This document shows, in pieces, positions 16,309-25,975 of a DNA stretch of 64,000 nucleotides. The position numbers and the translations under genes are program-made. The first letter of the stretch is position 1; every line of letters begins with the position of its first letter. The notes beneath the pieces are model-generated. The model did no database searches. It was given only the letters and a program-made list of their open reading frames with translations, and had not been told where the DNA came from. The DNA is from an uncultured Actinomycetota bacterium (lineage in GTDB: Bacteria; Actinomycetota; Actinomycetes; JACCUZ01): positions 1,158,062-1,222,061 of the forward strand of contig CAVVAH010000001.1 in the NCBI GenBank assembly GCA_963746175.1. Reading direction: 5' to 3'.

Positions 16309-17550
16309 TCAGAGGTCCGCGAGGGGGACGTCGGGGTCGGCGAGGCCGGCCGGGTCGACGCGGGTGCGGGCCTTCGCCAGCTTCTTGATGCCGTCGGCGG
16401 CGTCCCAGTCGTTGACGTTCATCCCGGCCAGCACCCGGCCACCGCCCAGCCAGAAGGCGAGCCACTTCTCTCCCGCCGGGTCGCCCCGGAGGACGACCTG
16501 GTCGGCGACGTTCGGCGCCTCGCGGCCGGTGTAGCCGTGGTACTCCATCGAGAGGTCGTACTGGTCGGTGTAGAAGTACGGCAGCTTCGCGTACGGCTCC
16601 CCCGCGCCGGCCATCGAGCGACCGGCCGCCGCGCCCTGGTTCTGCGCGTTCGCCCAGTGCTCCAGCCGGACCCTTGCACCGAGCAGCGGGTTCACCGCGT
16701 TCGCGACGTCGCCCGCCGCGAAGACGTCCTCGTCCGACGTGCGCAGCAGCTCGTCGACCAGCACGCCGTTGTCGACCGCGAGACCTGAGTCGGAGGCCAG
16801 CCCGGTGTTGGGCGTGATGCCGACCCCGACGACGACGAGGTCGCCCTCGACGACACCGTCCGGCGTGCGGACGCCGAGACGGCCGCCGTCGAGCGCCTCG
16901 AAGCCCTCGACGCCGGTGCCGAGCCGCAGGTCGACGTCGTGGTCGCGGTGCAGCTGCGCGAACACGGCACCCACCTCCGGCCCGAGCACGCCGAGCAGGG
17001 GCTGCGCCTGCGGCTCGACCACGGAGACCGCGACGCCGTGGTGCCGTGCGGCGGCAGCGACCTCCAGCCCGATCCAGCCGGCGCCGACGACGACCAGCCG
17101 GCCGCCGGAGCCCAGCCCGGCGAGCGCGTCGCGCAAAGCCTCCGACTCCCCGACCCGGCGCAGGTAGCGGATGCCGTCGAGGTCCGCCCCGGGCACGTCG
17201 ATGCGGCGCGGCGACGACCCCGTGGTGAGCAGCAGCCGGTCGTACGGCAGGTGGTCGCCGTCGGACAGCGCGACGACCTTGCCGTCGCGGTCCACCGCCG
17301 TCGCCGAGATGCCGAGCCGCAGCTCGACGTCGTGCGCTGCGTACCAGCCCTCGTCGTGGACGTAGGTCTTCTCGCGCGGCTTCTCGCCCTTGAGCAGCTC
17401 CTTCGACAGGAGCGGCCGCTCGTAGGGCCGGTCGACCTCGTCGCCGACGAGCACCAGCGGGCCCTCGTACCCGGCGTCCCGCGCCGCCTCCACTGCCTTG
17501 GCCCCCGCGAGGCTCGCGCCGACCACGACGTACGCGCTGCTGCCTGCCAT
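16309..17550 (-). CDS. FAD-dependent pyridine-nucleotide-disulfide oxidoreductase (ferredoxin/putidaredoxin-reductase-like)
   Basis: ORF 16309..17550. It has an N-terminal GxGxxG (VVVGASLAGAKAV), a second NAD-binding motif (VVVGAGWIGLEVA) and a C-terminal reductase dimerisation domain. Confidence 0.85.
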   Translation of the reverse strand: MAGSSAYVVVGASLAGAKAVEAARDAGYEGPLVLVGDEVDRPYERPLLSKELLKGEKPREKTYVHDEGWYAAHDVELRLGISATAVDRDGKVVALSDGDHLPYDRLLLTTGSSPRRIDVPGADLDGIRYLRRVGESEALRDALAGLGSGGRLVVVGAGWIGLEVAAAARHHGVAVSVVEPQAQPLLGVLGPEVGAVFAQLHRDHDVDLRLGTGVEGFEALDGGRLGVRTPDGVVEGDLVVVGVGITPNTGLASDSGLAVDNGVLVDELLRTSDEDVFAAGDVANAVNPLLGARVRLEHWANAQNQGAAAGRSMAGAGEPYAKLPYFYTDQYDLSMEYHGYTGREAPNVADQVVLRGDPAGEKWLAFWLGGGRVLAGMNVNDWDAADGIKKLAKARTRVDPAGLADPDVPLADL

Positions 17551-17553
17551 CTC

Positions 17554-18780
17554 TCAGCCCTTCCTGCCGGTCAGCCGCGCGTGCAGCGCGGTCGCTGAGG
17601 TGTCCGTGAGCTGGGCCACCTGGTCGAGCAACGTCCGGAGCCGGGCCACGTCATCCGCAGCCGCGGCGAAGTCGTCGGCGAGCAGCGGGTCGAGGCCGAC
17701 CGGTGCGTCGCGCATCAGGGCGTCGACCAGCTCGTGCACGAGGCCACGCTGGTCCGCGTAGCGCCGGGTCGCGTCGTCGCGGGACATCACGTACTGGTCG
17801 GCGACCGCCTTCAGCACCTCGACCTCCAGCCGCGTCTCGCGCGGCACGACGAGATCGGCGTCGTAGCGGCGGGCGGCCACCGCGGGGAACCCCTCCCGGG
17901 TAGCTCCTTCTGCGGCCTGGCAGAACCGCCCGATCAGCTGGCTGGTGGTGTTCTTGAGCGCGGCCAAGGACCGATGGGTCCCGTCGTACGACGACGGCCA
18001 CCACGGGGTCGCGAGCAGCCGGTCGAGCGCTGCGACCACCTCCGCCTCGTCGGTACCGTCGACGGTCGTCCGGGCGCAGGTGAGCCGTGCCAGCTCCGAC
18101 CGCTCCGCGTCGTCGCGCAGCGCGTCCAGCCGCAGGTGCCCGGCGACGACGGCGTCCTCCAGGTCGTGCACCGAGTAGGCGATGTCGTCCGACCAGTCCA
18201 TGACCTGCGCCTCGAGGCAGCGCCGCCCGCCCGGCGCGCCACGCCGCAACCACCGGAAGACCTCGAGGTCGTCGTCGTACACGCCGTACTTGCGCGGGTT
18301 CTCCGCACGGGTCCACGGGTACTTGCAGGCCGCGTCCAGCGATGCCCGGGTCAGGTTGAGACCGACGCTGCGCCCGTCCGGCGAGAACGTCTTGGCCTCC
18401 AGCCGGGTGAGGATCCGCAGGCTCTGCGCGTTCCCCTCGAAGCCGCCGGCCGCGGCCGCCACCTCGTCCAGCGCCGCCTCCCCCGTGTGCCCGAACGGCG
18501 GATGGCCGAGGTCGTGCGCCAGGCAGGCGGTCTCGACGAGGTCGGGGTCGGCCCCGAGCGCGCGGCCGAGCCCGCGGCCGATCTGCGCGCACTCCAGCGA
18601 GTGGGTGAGCCGGGTGCGCGGGAAGTCGCTCTCCCCCGGCACCACGACCTGGGTCTTGGCCGCGAGCCGGCGCAGGGCAGACGAGTGCAGGACCCGCGCC
18701 CTGTCGCGCTCGTACGCCGAGCGGCCCGCGCGCTTCGCCGGCTCCTCGACCCACCGCTCCTCGGCGGCGCTGCCCGTCAT
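17554..18780 (-). CDS. dgt: dGTP triphosphohydrolase-like HD-domain protein
   Basis: C-terminal 408 codons of ORF 17554..19323 from ATG 18780. It has an HD motif ([13 protein letters not shown]) and an overall dGTPase architecture. Confidence 0.9.
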   Translation of the reverse strand: MTGSAAEERWVEEPAKRAGRSAYERDRARVLHSSALRRLAAKTQVVVPGESDFPRTRLTHSLECAQIGRGLGRALGADPDLVETACLAHDLGHPPFGHTGEAALDEVAAAAGGFEGNAQSLRILTRLEAKTFSPDGRSVGLNLTRASLDAACKYPWTRAENPRKYGVYDDDLEVFRWLRRGAPGGRRCLEAQVMDWSDDIAYSVHDLEDAVVAGHLRLDALRDDAERSELARLTCARTTVDGTDEAEVVAALDRLLATPWWPSSYDGTHRSLAALKNTTSQLIGRFCQAAEGATREGFPAVAARRYDADLVVPRETRLEVEVLKAVADQYVMSRDDATRRYADQRGLVHELVDALMRDAPVGLDPLLADDFAAAADDVARLRTLLDQVAQLTDTSATALHARLTGRKG

Positions 18781-18788
18781 GGCGACCG

Positions 18789-19415
18789 TCAGACGGCGTT
18801 CGGGCCGGAGTCGGCGCTGCGCTTGAAGGCCTTGTAGTAGAGGTAGGCCAGCGTCTCGCGGGCGATGTAGCGGAACTCGGTCGAGCGCTGGCGTACCGCC
18901 GGCCCCTGCCGGGTCGGCGACATGACCGCGTCGATGCCCTGGTCGGTCGCCATCGACCGGGTGCGCAGCGCGTGCCACGGGTCGGTCACCACGACGGCGG
19001 TCGACCAGCCCTTCCGCTGCATCTTCTTCTGCACGGCATCGACGCTCTGCAGGGTGTCGTTGCCGGTGCCCACGGCAGTGATCCGTGCGGCCGGGACGCC
19101 GTGCTCGGTCAGCCACTGCTTGCCGGCCGCCGCCTCGGTGAAGCGGTCGCCCGCCCGGTTGCCGCCGACCGTGACGATGCGGGGCGCGACGTCGTCCTTC
19201 CAGAGGTCGCGGGCGTGCACCAGCCGGGCCGTGAAGACCGACGACGGACGACCGTCGAACTGGGCGGCCCCGAGCACGACGATCACGTCGGAGGTGCGCG
19301 TGTCGTCCTGACGCGCGAACCACCAGACGCGGCCGGCGGTGCCGGCCAGCACGAGGACGGCCAGCAGCACGACCGCCGCCACGGTCTTGACGGCGATGCG
19401 GACGAGCAGGATCAC
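18789..19415 (-). CDS. DUF218 / YdcF-like (SanA/ElyC family) membrane-anchored protein
   Basis: C-terminal 208 codons of ORF 18789..19643 from GTG 19415. It has an N-terminal TM helix and the DUF218 core ([16 protein letters not shown]...[10 protein letters not shown]). Confidence 0.7.
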   Translation of the reverse strand: MILLVRIAVKTVAAVVLLAVLVLAGTAGRVWWFARQDDTRTSDVIVVLGAAQFDGRPSSVFTARLVHARDLWKDDVAPRIVTVGGNRAGDRFTEAAAGKQWLTEHGVPAARITAVGTGNDTLQSVDAVQKKMQRKGWSTAVVVTDPWHALRTRSMATDQGIDAVMSPTRQGPAVRQRSTEFRYIARETLAYLYYKAFKRSADSGPNAV

Positions 19416-19422
19416 CAGAAGG

Positions 19423-22116
19423 TCACCTGCTGTCGCTGCCTTCCGTGCTGAGCGCCGCGCGCCCGGCCTCGAGCCGCGCCACCGGCACGCGGAACGGCGA
19501 GCAGGACACGTAGTCGAGCCCGACGTCGTGGAAGAAGTGCACCGAGGCCGGATCGCCACCGTGCTCGCCGCAGACACCGAGCTTGAGGTCGGGCCGTGTC
19601 TTGCGGCCCTCCTCGGCGCCGATCCGCACCAGGGCGCCGACACCGTCCACGTCGATCGACTCGAACGGCGAGACGCCGAAGATGCCCTTCTCGAGGTACG
19701 CCGAGAAGAACGCGGCCTCGACGTCGTCGCGGGAGAACCCCCACGTCGTCTGGGTGAGGTCGTTGGTGCCGAAGGAGAAGAACTCGGCGGCCTCCGCGAT
19801 CTGCGCGGCGGTGATCGCGGCGCGCGGCAGCTCGATCATCGTGCCGATCATGTGCGCGACCTCGATGCCCTCCCGCTCGCACACCTCGTCGCAGATCCGC
19901 TCGGCCTCCTCGCGCACCAGCTCGAGCTCCTGCACGGCGTCGACCAGCGGGATCATGATCTCGACGTGCGGGTCACCGCCGGCCTTCTTGCGCTCGGCGG
20001 CGGCCTCGATGATCGCGCGGACCTGCATCGCGAACAACCCGGGGACGACGATGCCGAGCCGCACGCCCCGCAGGCCCAGCATCGGGTTCTGCTCGTGCAG
20101 CCGGTGCACGGCCTGGAGCAGCCGCAGCTCGTTCTCGTTGTCCTCGCCGCGCGACTCGGCCACGGCGACCCGGACCGAGAGCTCGGTGAAGTCGGGCAGG
20201 AACTCGTGCAGCGGCGGGTCGAGCAGGCGGACGGTGACAGGCAGGCCGTCCATCGCCTCGAAGATGCCCACGAAGTCCTCGCGCTGGAGAGGCAGCAGCG
20301 CTGCGAGCGCCGCCTCGCGCTCCTCGTCGCCGTCCGCCAGGATCAGCCGCTCGACGTGCTTGCGCCGGTCACCCAGGAACATGTGCTCGGTACGGCACAG
20401 GCCGATGCCCTCCGCACCGAAGCGGCGGGCCCGTTCGGAGTCCTCGGGGGTGTCGGAGTTGGCGCGCACCCGCAGCCGCCGGTTCTCGTCGGCGTGCGTC
20501 ATGAGGCGGTGCACTGCCTTGACGAGATCGTCGGCGTCGGCAGCCGCCGGGTCGAGGTTGCCCTCGAAGTACTCGACCACGGGCGAGGGGACGACCGGCA
20601 TCTCGCCGAGGTAGACCTTGCCGGAGGTGCCGTCGATGGAGATGACGTCACCCTCCTCGACCACCGTGCTGCCGGCGGTCATCCGCCGCTTCTTGGTGTC
20701 GACGTCGAGCGCCTCGGCACCGCAGACGCAGGTCTTGCCCATGCCGCGGGCGACGACGGCCGCGTGGCTCGTCTTCCCGCCCCGGCTGGTGAGGATGCCC
20801 TGCGCGGCGATCATGCCCTCGAGGTCGTCGGGATTGGTCTCGCGGCGGACGAGGATGACCTTCTCGCCGGAGCGCGACCACTTCACGGCGGTGTAGGAGT
20901 CGAAGACCGCCTTGCCGACCGCCGCGCCCGGCGAGGCGTTCATGCCCTTGGCGATCTGGTCCTTGGTGTCGCTCTCGTCGAACCGCGGGAACATCAGCTG
21001 GGCCAGCTGGTCGCCGGTGACCCGGTCCAGCGCCTCGTCCATGTCGATCAGGCCCTGGTCGACCAGCTGGGTCGCGATCCGGAAGGCCGCGCCCGCCGTC
21101 CGCTTGCCGACCCGGGTCTGCAGCATCCACAGCTTGTTGCGCTCGATGGTGAACTCGATGTCGCACAGGTCGCGGTAGTGGTTCTCCAGCGTCTCCATGA
21201 TCCCGAGCAGCTGGTCGTACGCCGGCTTGTCGATGCCCTCCAGGTCCTGCAGCGGCAGCGTGTTACGGATGCCTGCGACGACGTCCTCGCCCTGGGCGTT
21301 CTGCAGGTAGTCGCCGTAGATGCCCTGCTGCCCGGAACCCGGGTCGCGGGTGAATGCCACGCCGGTGCCGGAGTCCATCCCGAGGTTGCCGAACACCATC
21401 GACATGACGTTGACGGCGGTGCCGAGGTCGGCCGGGATGCGCTCCTGGCGGCGGTAGAGGATCGCGCGCGGCGCGTTCCACGAGTCGAAGACCGCGCGGA
21501 CCGCGAGGTCCATCTGCTCGCGCGGCTCGGTCGGGAACTCGCGGCCGGCGTGCTTGCGCACGATCTCCTTGAACGAGTCGACGACCCCGCGCAGGTCGGT
21601 CTCGTCGAGGTCGAGGTCGTTCTGCGTGCCGCGGGCCTTCTTCGCCTCGTCGAGGACGTCCTCGAAGTGCTCGCCGTCGATGTCGAGCACGGTCTTGCCG
21701 AACATCTGGATCAGCCGGCGGTAGGAGTCCCAGGCGAACCGCTCGCTGCCGGTCTGCTTGGCCAGCCCCTGCACCGACTCGTCGTTGAGCCCGATGTTGA
21801 GGACCGTCTCCATCATCCCGGGCATGGAGAACTTCGCACCGGACCGCACCGAGACGAGCAGCGGGTGGTCGGGCTGCCCGAGGCTGCGGCCCATCGTCTT
21901 CTCGAGCGCCGCGAGGTGGGTGCTGACCTCGTCGCGCAGCTCGGCCGGCTCGTCGCCGCTGTCGAGGTAGACCTTGCAGGCCTCGGTCGTGATCGTGAAG
22001 CCGGGCGGGACGGGGAGCCCGAGGTTGGTCATCTCGGCGAGGTTGGCGCCCTTGCCGCCCAGCAGGTCCTTCATGTCCCTGCTGCCCTCGGTGAAGTCGT
22101 ACACGTACTTGGTCAT
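19423..22116 (-). CDS. ppdK: pyruvate, phosphate dikinase
   Basis: ORF 19423..22116, 897 aa. It has the PPDK N-terminus (MTKYVYDFTEGSRDMKDLLGGKGANLAEM), the central phosphohistidine domain (TSRGGKTSHAAVVARGMG) and a PEP-utilising TIM barrel. Confidence 0.95.
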   Translation of the reverse strand: MTKYVYDFTEGSRDMKDLLGGKGANLAEMTNLGLPVPPGFTITTEACKVYLDSGDEPAELRDEVSTHLAALEKTMGRSLGQPDHPLLVSVRSGAKFSMPGMMETVLNIGLNDESVQGLAKQTGSERFAWDSYRRLIQMFGKTVLDIDGEHFEDVLDEAKKARGTQNDLDLDETDLRGVVDSFKEIVRKHAGREFPTEPREQMDLAVRAVFDSWNAPRAILYRRQERIPADLGTAVNVMSMVFGNLGMDSGTGVAFTRDPGSGQQGIYGDYLQNAQGEDVVAGIRNTLPLQDLEGIDKPAYDQLLGIMETLENHYRDLCDIEFTIERNKLWMLQTRVGKRTAGAAFRIATQLVDQGLIDMDEALDRVTGDQLAQLMFPRFDESDTKDQIAKGMNASPGAAVGKAVFDSYTAVKWSRSGEKVILVRRETNPDDLEGMIAAQGILTSRGGKTSHAAVVARGMGKTCVCGAEALDVDTKKRRMTAGSTVVEEGDVISIDGTSGKVYLGEMPVVPSPVVEYFEGNLDPAAADADDLVKAVHRLMTHADENRRLRVRANSDTPEDSERARRFGAEGIGLCRTEHMFLGDRRKHVERLILADGDEEREAALAALLPLQREDFVGIFEAMDGLPVTVRLLDPPLHEFLPDFTELSVRVAVAESRGEDNENELRLLQAVHRLHEQNPMLGLRGVRLGIVVPGLFAMQVRAIIEAAAERKKAGGDPHVEIMIPLVDAVQELELVREEAERICDEVCEREGIEVAHMIGTMIELPRAAITAAQIAEAAEFFSFGTNDLTQTTWGFSRDDVEAAFFSAYLEKGIFGVSPFESIDVDGVGALVRIGAEEGRKTRPDLKLGVCGEHGGDPASVHFFHDVGLDYVSCSPFRVPVARLEAGRAALSTEGSDSR

Positions 22117-22213
22117 GTGCGGACCCCTCGCGCGATCGTCGTCGACGGACTGTCGGCTGCAAGACCTCTGCGGCGGAGCCTACCCACGCCCCGCCGCGCC
22201 GCGTGGTGCGAGG

Positions 22214-22816
22214 ATGCCCGCCGTGCCGTGGTCGCGACGTACGCCGTGGTGGGGCCTGGTCTCGTCGCTGGCCGGCCCGGTGCTGCTCGTCGGCGGCTGG
22301 ACCTGGGCCGCGTCCCGGCAGCGCGGCGGCTTCGACCCGGTCGTGGAGACGATCAGCGCACTCGCTGCCCGCGACGCGGACGACCGGTGGCTCATGACGT
22401 CCGCGCTGCTGGGACTCGGCGCCTGCCACCTGACGACGTCGGCCGCGCTCCGCGGTGCCGCACGGCCCGGCCGTCTGGTGCTGGCCGTGGGCGGCGTCGC
22501 CACCGTCCTGGTCGGGGTCTTCCCGCTGCCCGGCGGGGACACCGGCTCGGCCGCCCACACCGCCGCCGCCGGGGTGTCGTTCGCCGCGCTCGGCGCCTGG
22601 CCGCTGCTGGCCGGCCGCCGGGACGGGGAGGGCGCGCTGGCGCGTCCGGTCTCGCAGACGGCGGGGGTCGTCCTGCTGGGGCTGGTGGGCTGGTTCGTCG
22701 TGGAGCTGTCGGCCGGCTCCGACCGGGTCGGCCTGGCCGAGCGGGTCGCCGCCGGCGCCCAGTCCGTCTGGCCGCTGGTCGCGGCGTGGAGCACCAGCCG
22801 GCTGGTCCGGCGCTGA
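22214..22816 (+). CDS. DUF998-family membrane protein
   Basis: ATG at 22214 inside ORF 21974..22816 (MPAVPWSRRTPWWGLVSSLAGPVLLVGGW...), with 5-6 TM helices. The listed ORF start (TTG 21974) lies inside ppdK on the other strand. Confidence 0.6.
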   Translation: MPAVPWSRRTPWWGLVSSLAGPVLLVGGWTWAASRQRGGFDPVVETISALAARDADDRWLMTSALLGLGACHLTTSAALRGAARPGRLVLAVGGVATVLVGVFPLPGGDTGSAAHTAAAGVSFAALGAWPLLAGRRDGEGALARPVSQTAGVVLLGLVGWFVVELSAGSDRVGLAERVAAGAQSVWPLVAAWSTSRLVRR

Positions 22817-22825
22817 GGAGGGTCG

Positions 22826-23869
22826 ATGGACACGGTCCGCTGGGGCATCGTCGGGACGGGCGGGATCGCCGCCGCCATGGTCGGGGACCTCCGGCTGCTG
22901 CCGGACGCCGAGGTCGTCGCCGTGGGGTCGCGGACTGCCGGCTCCGCCGCGGGGTTCGCCGCCGCGCACGGCGTCGGGCGGCACTACTCGTCGTACGACG
23001 AGGTGTGCCGTGACCCGGAGGTGGACGCGGTCTACGTCTCGACGGTCCACCCCGGCCACCGCGACGCCGCGCTGCTCGCGATCGACGCCGGCAAGGCGGT
23101 GCTGGTGGAGAAGCCGTTCACCATGGATGCGGCCGAGGCGCGGGTGGTGGTCGACGCGGCCCGGGCGAACGGCGTCTTCGTCATGGAGGCGATGTGGGCC
23201 CGCTTCACCCCGCACCTGGTCCGGGTGCGTGAGCTGCTCGCCGCGGGTGCACTGGGCGACGTCCGGCTGGTGACCGCCGACCACTGCCAGTGGTTCGCGG
23301 AGGACGCCTCGCACCGGCTCTTCGCCCCCGAGCTCGGCGGCGGGGCCCTGCTCGACCTCGGGATCTACCCGGTGTCGTTCGCCTCGATGGTGCTCGGCGC
23401 GCCCGCCACGGTCACCGCGGTGGGGACGCCGGCCTTCACCGGCGTCGACGCGACGACCTCGATCGTGCTGACCTACGGCTCGGGGGCGCAGTCGGTGCTC
23501 ACGACGACCTTGTCGGCGCTCGGACCCAACCGGGCGGCGATCGTCGGGACCGAGGCGCGGATCGAGGTCGACCCCGTGTTCTACACGCCCACCGGGTTCA
23601 CGCTGACCCGGCGCGACGGTTCGGTGGAGCGATTCGACGAGCCGCACGAGGGACAGGGGCTGCGGCACGAGGCGGCCGAGCTGATGCGCTGCCTGCGCGA
23701 GGGCCGGACCGAGAGCGACGTGATGCCGCTCGACGAGACGGTGTCGATCATGGAGACGATGGACGAGGTGCGGCGGCAGATCGGGCTGGACTACACCGCG
23801 CTCTACCCGCCGTCGCCGTACGCGGACAGCAGCGCGACGGTGTCGGCACCGAGGCGGTCGAGGGCGTAG
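22826..23869 (+). CDS. Gfo/Idh/MocA-family NAD(P)-dependent oxidoreductase
   Basis: ORF 22826..23869. It has the N-terminal Rossmann motif (WGIVGTGGIA) and the EKP motif (VLVEKPF). Confidence 0.85.
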   Translation: MDTVRWGIVGTGGIAAAMVGDLRLLPDAEVVAVGSRTAGSAAGFAAAHGVGRHYSSYDEVCRDPEVDAVYVSTVHPGHRDAALLAIDAGKAVLVEKPFTMDAAEARVVVDAARANGVFVMEAMWARFTPHLVRVRELLAAGALGDVRLVTADHCQWFAEDASHRLFAPELGGGALLDLGIYPVSFASMVLGAPATVTAVGTPAFTGVDATTSIVLTYGSGAQSVLTTTLSALGPNRAAIVGTEARIEVDPVFYTPTGFTLTRRDGSVERFDEPHEGQGLRHEAAELMRCLREGRTESDVMPLDETVSIMETMDEVRRQIGLDYTALYPPSPYADSSATVSAPRRSRA

Positions 23870-24882
23870 CCGCCCTCGTGCACCAGGACGGTCGGCCGGT
23901 CGACGGCGGCGAGCCGTTCGCCGGCGCGGCGGAAGCCGTCGGTGGTGACGTCGAGCGGGCTCTCCGGGTCGGCTCCGGCGGCGTCGACGCCCAGCGACAC
24001 CACGACGGCGTCGGGCGCGAACTCGTCGACCGCGCCGAGCAGCCGCTCCAGCGCCGCGAGCCAGCCCTCGTCGCCGGTCCCCGGGGCCAGCGGCTCGTTC
24101 ACGGTGGTCCCGGTGCCCTCCCCGGACCCGCGTTCATCGGCGTACCCCACGACGTGCGGGAACCAGCCGGCGCCGGGGTCGACGTGCAGCGAGGCGTACA
24201 GGACGTCGGGCCGCTCCCAGAACACCGCCTGGGTTCCGTTGCCGTGGTGCGCGTCGACGTCGACCACCGCCACCCGCAGCGAGCCGGCGGCACGCAGCCC
24301 CTCGGCGGCGACGGCGGCGTTGTTGAGGTAGCAGGACCCGCCGAACGCCCGCCCGGTGGCGTGGTGGCCGGGCGGCCGGGTGAGGGCGTACGCCGAGGAG
24401 GCACCGCCGACGACGAGGTCGACCGCGGTCAGCGTCACGTCGACGGCCGCGCGGGCGGCCTCCCAGGTGCCGGGCCCGACCAGCGTCATCGTGTCGTAGC
24501 ACCACACGCCGGCGCGCGCGTGCGGCGCCACCGGGTGGTGCGCCGGCAGCCCGTCGAGCATGCCCTCGGTCATGAAGACGTACGGCACGACGCGATCCTG
24601 GCCGACCAGCTCGACGTAGTCGCCAGCCGCCCAGTCGTCGGCGATCGTCGACAGGTACGCGAGCAGTGCGGGGTCGTGGACCGTGCGCAGGACCGCGTCG
24701 TCGTGCGTGGTGGCGTCGACGAGGACGCCGCCGGCGGCGAGGCACGCGTCCCGCAGGACGGTGGCGCGGCCCGGGACCTCGGTGCCCGGCGTCATGACGC
24801 CGACCCAGACCTCGCCCTTCGGCTCGTGGCACAGCACGACGTCGGACCAGACCACGGGCGGCAGCGGGGCCATGTGGTGCAT
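23803..24882 (-). CDS. histone-deacetylase-family amidohydrolase (acetoin-utilisation / acetylpolyamine-amidohydrolase-like)
   Basis: C-terminal 359 codons of ORF 23803..25908 from ATG 24882 (MHHMAPLPP...). HDAC motifs are present (RPPGHHA; DVDAHHGNGTQ; metal ligands D..H..D). Confidence 0.8.
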   Translation of the reverse strand: MHHMAPLPPVVWSDVVLCHEPKGEVWVGVMTPGTEVPGRATVLRDACLAAGGVLVDATTHDDAVLRTVHDPALLAYLSTIADDWAAGDYVELVGQDRVVPYVFMTEGMLDGLPAHHPVAPHARAGVWCYDTMTLVGPGTWEAARAAVDVTLTAVDLVVGGASSAYALTRPPGHHATGRAFGGSCYLNNAAVAAEGLRAAGSLRVAVVDVDAHHGNGTQAVFWERPDVLYASLHVDPGAGWFPHVVGYADERGSGEGTGTTVNEPLAPGTGDEGWLAALERLLGAVDEFAPDAVVVSLGVDAAGADPESPLDVTTDGFRRAGERLAAVDRPTVLVHEGGYALDRLGADTVALLSAYGDGG

Positions 24883-25975
24883 GCTGTCACGCGTGCCCCG
24901 CGCTGCTGATCTGCCGGTCAGGATCGGACTCCTCCCGTCGGGGCCGACGGCGTCCGTGCTCGACGTGCCGGGTGTGGGACTCGGGCACGCGACGGTGTGG
25001 CGCGACGAGGAGCCGCCGCCGTCCGGCCGCGGCATCGCGCGCACCGGCGTGACGATCATCGACCTCGGCGGCAACATGTTCCGCTCACCCGTGCCCGCCG
25101 GTGGTGCCGTGCTCAACGGGGCCGGCGAGTGCACCGGCTTCGTCTCGCTGCAGGAGTGGGGGCTCGCCGAGACCCCGGTCTTCCTGACCTCGACGATGCA
25201 GGTCGGCAGGGTGCTCGACGCCGCGTGCGAGCTGCTCGTCGAGGAGGACCCGACGATCGGCGTCGACGACGTCGTCCTCCCGCTCGTCGCCGAGTGCGAC
25301 GACTCGCACCTCAACGACAGCCGGCGCACCCAGGTGACCAAGGACGACGTACGGGCGGCTCTGGCCGCTGCCCGGGCGTCGGCCGGCAGCCTCACGCCGC
25401 CGCTCGAGGGCTCGGTCGGTGCCGGGACCGGGATGACCTGCCTCGGCCACAAGGGCGGCATCGGGACGGCGTCCCGGCTGCTGCCGTCCGGGCACACCCT
25501 GGGCGCGGTGGTGCTCACCAACTTCGGCGAGCAGGACCGGCTCACGGTCGGCGGCCTCCCGGTCGGGGCGGCGCTGCGACGGGCGGCGTCGAGCCGGCAG
25601 CGCGACGCCGGCTCGTGCATCGTCGTCCTGGTGACCGACGCACCGGTCGACGCAGCCGGCTGCACCCGGCTGGCCCGCCGGGCCGGGCTCGGGCTGGCCC
25701 GCACCGGCAGCGTCGCCACCCATGGCAGCGGCGAGATCTTCCTGGCGCTGGCCACCGGGTTGCGCGCGCCGCGCGACCAGCCGGCACCCGGCGTACCGCT
25801 CACCGGGCGCGAGCTCGACCCGTTCCTCGCAGCCGCCGTCGAGGCGACCGAGGAGGCGGTAGTCACCAGCCTGCTCACGGCGACCACCGTCGTCGGCCGC
25901 GACGGCAACCGGGCCGAGGCGCTGCCGTTCCACGACGTCGTGGCGCTGCTCCGCGAGGCCGGCCTCGGTGGATGA
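24881..25975 (+). CDS. P1-family (S58, DmpA/L-aminopeptidase-like) peptidase
   Basis: ORF 24683..25975 with the start taken at ATG 24881 (MLSRVPRAADLPVRIGLLPSGPTASVLDVPGVGLGHATV). The self-processing Gly-Ser/Thr region and C-terminal core are present. It is divergent from, and overlaps, the HDAC start. Confidence 0.75.
   Translation: MLSRVPRAADLPVRIGLLPSGPTASVLDVPGVGLGHATVWRDEEPPPSGRGIARTGVTIIDLGGNMFRSPVPAGGAVLNGAGECTGFVSLQEWGLAETPVFLTSTMQVGRVLDAACELLVEEDPTIGVDDVVLPLVAECDDSHLNDSRRTQVTKDDVRAALAAARASAGSLTPPLEGSVGAGTGMTCLGHKGGIGTASRLLPSGHTLGAVVLTNFGEQDRLTVGGLPVGAALRRAASSRQRDAGSCIVVLVTDAPVDAAGCTRLARRAGLGLARTGSVATHGSGEIFLALATGLRAPRDQPAPGVPLTGRELDPFLAAAVEATEEAVVTSLLTATTVVGRDGNRAEALPFHDVVALLREAGLGG

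Noticed and set aside
19339-23013. Very long ORFs (1224 aa, 801 aa, 1163 aa, 1051 aa, 834 aa and similar) on the strand opposite ppdK, the opp operon, leuA and other genes
   Set aside because: They are Arg/Ala/Gly/Pro-rich low-complexity translations typical of the antisense or off-frame of high-GC genes. Each overlaps a gene with clear motifs in another frame, and they have no recognisable domains.
23803-23869. 67-nt convergent overlap between the MocA oxidoreductase and HDAC-family gene ends, considered as evidence of a frameshift
   Set aside because: Both C-termini read as plausible protein to their stops, and no alternative frame continues either protein. A long convergent overlap is unusual but possible. 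Raw reads would be needed to say more.
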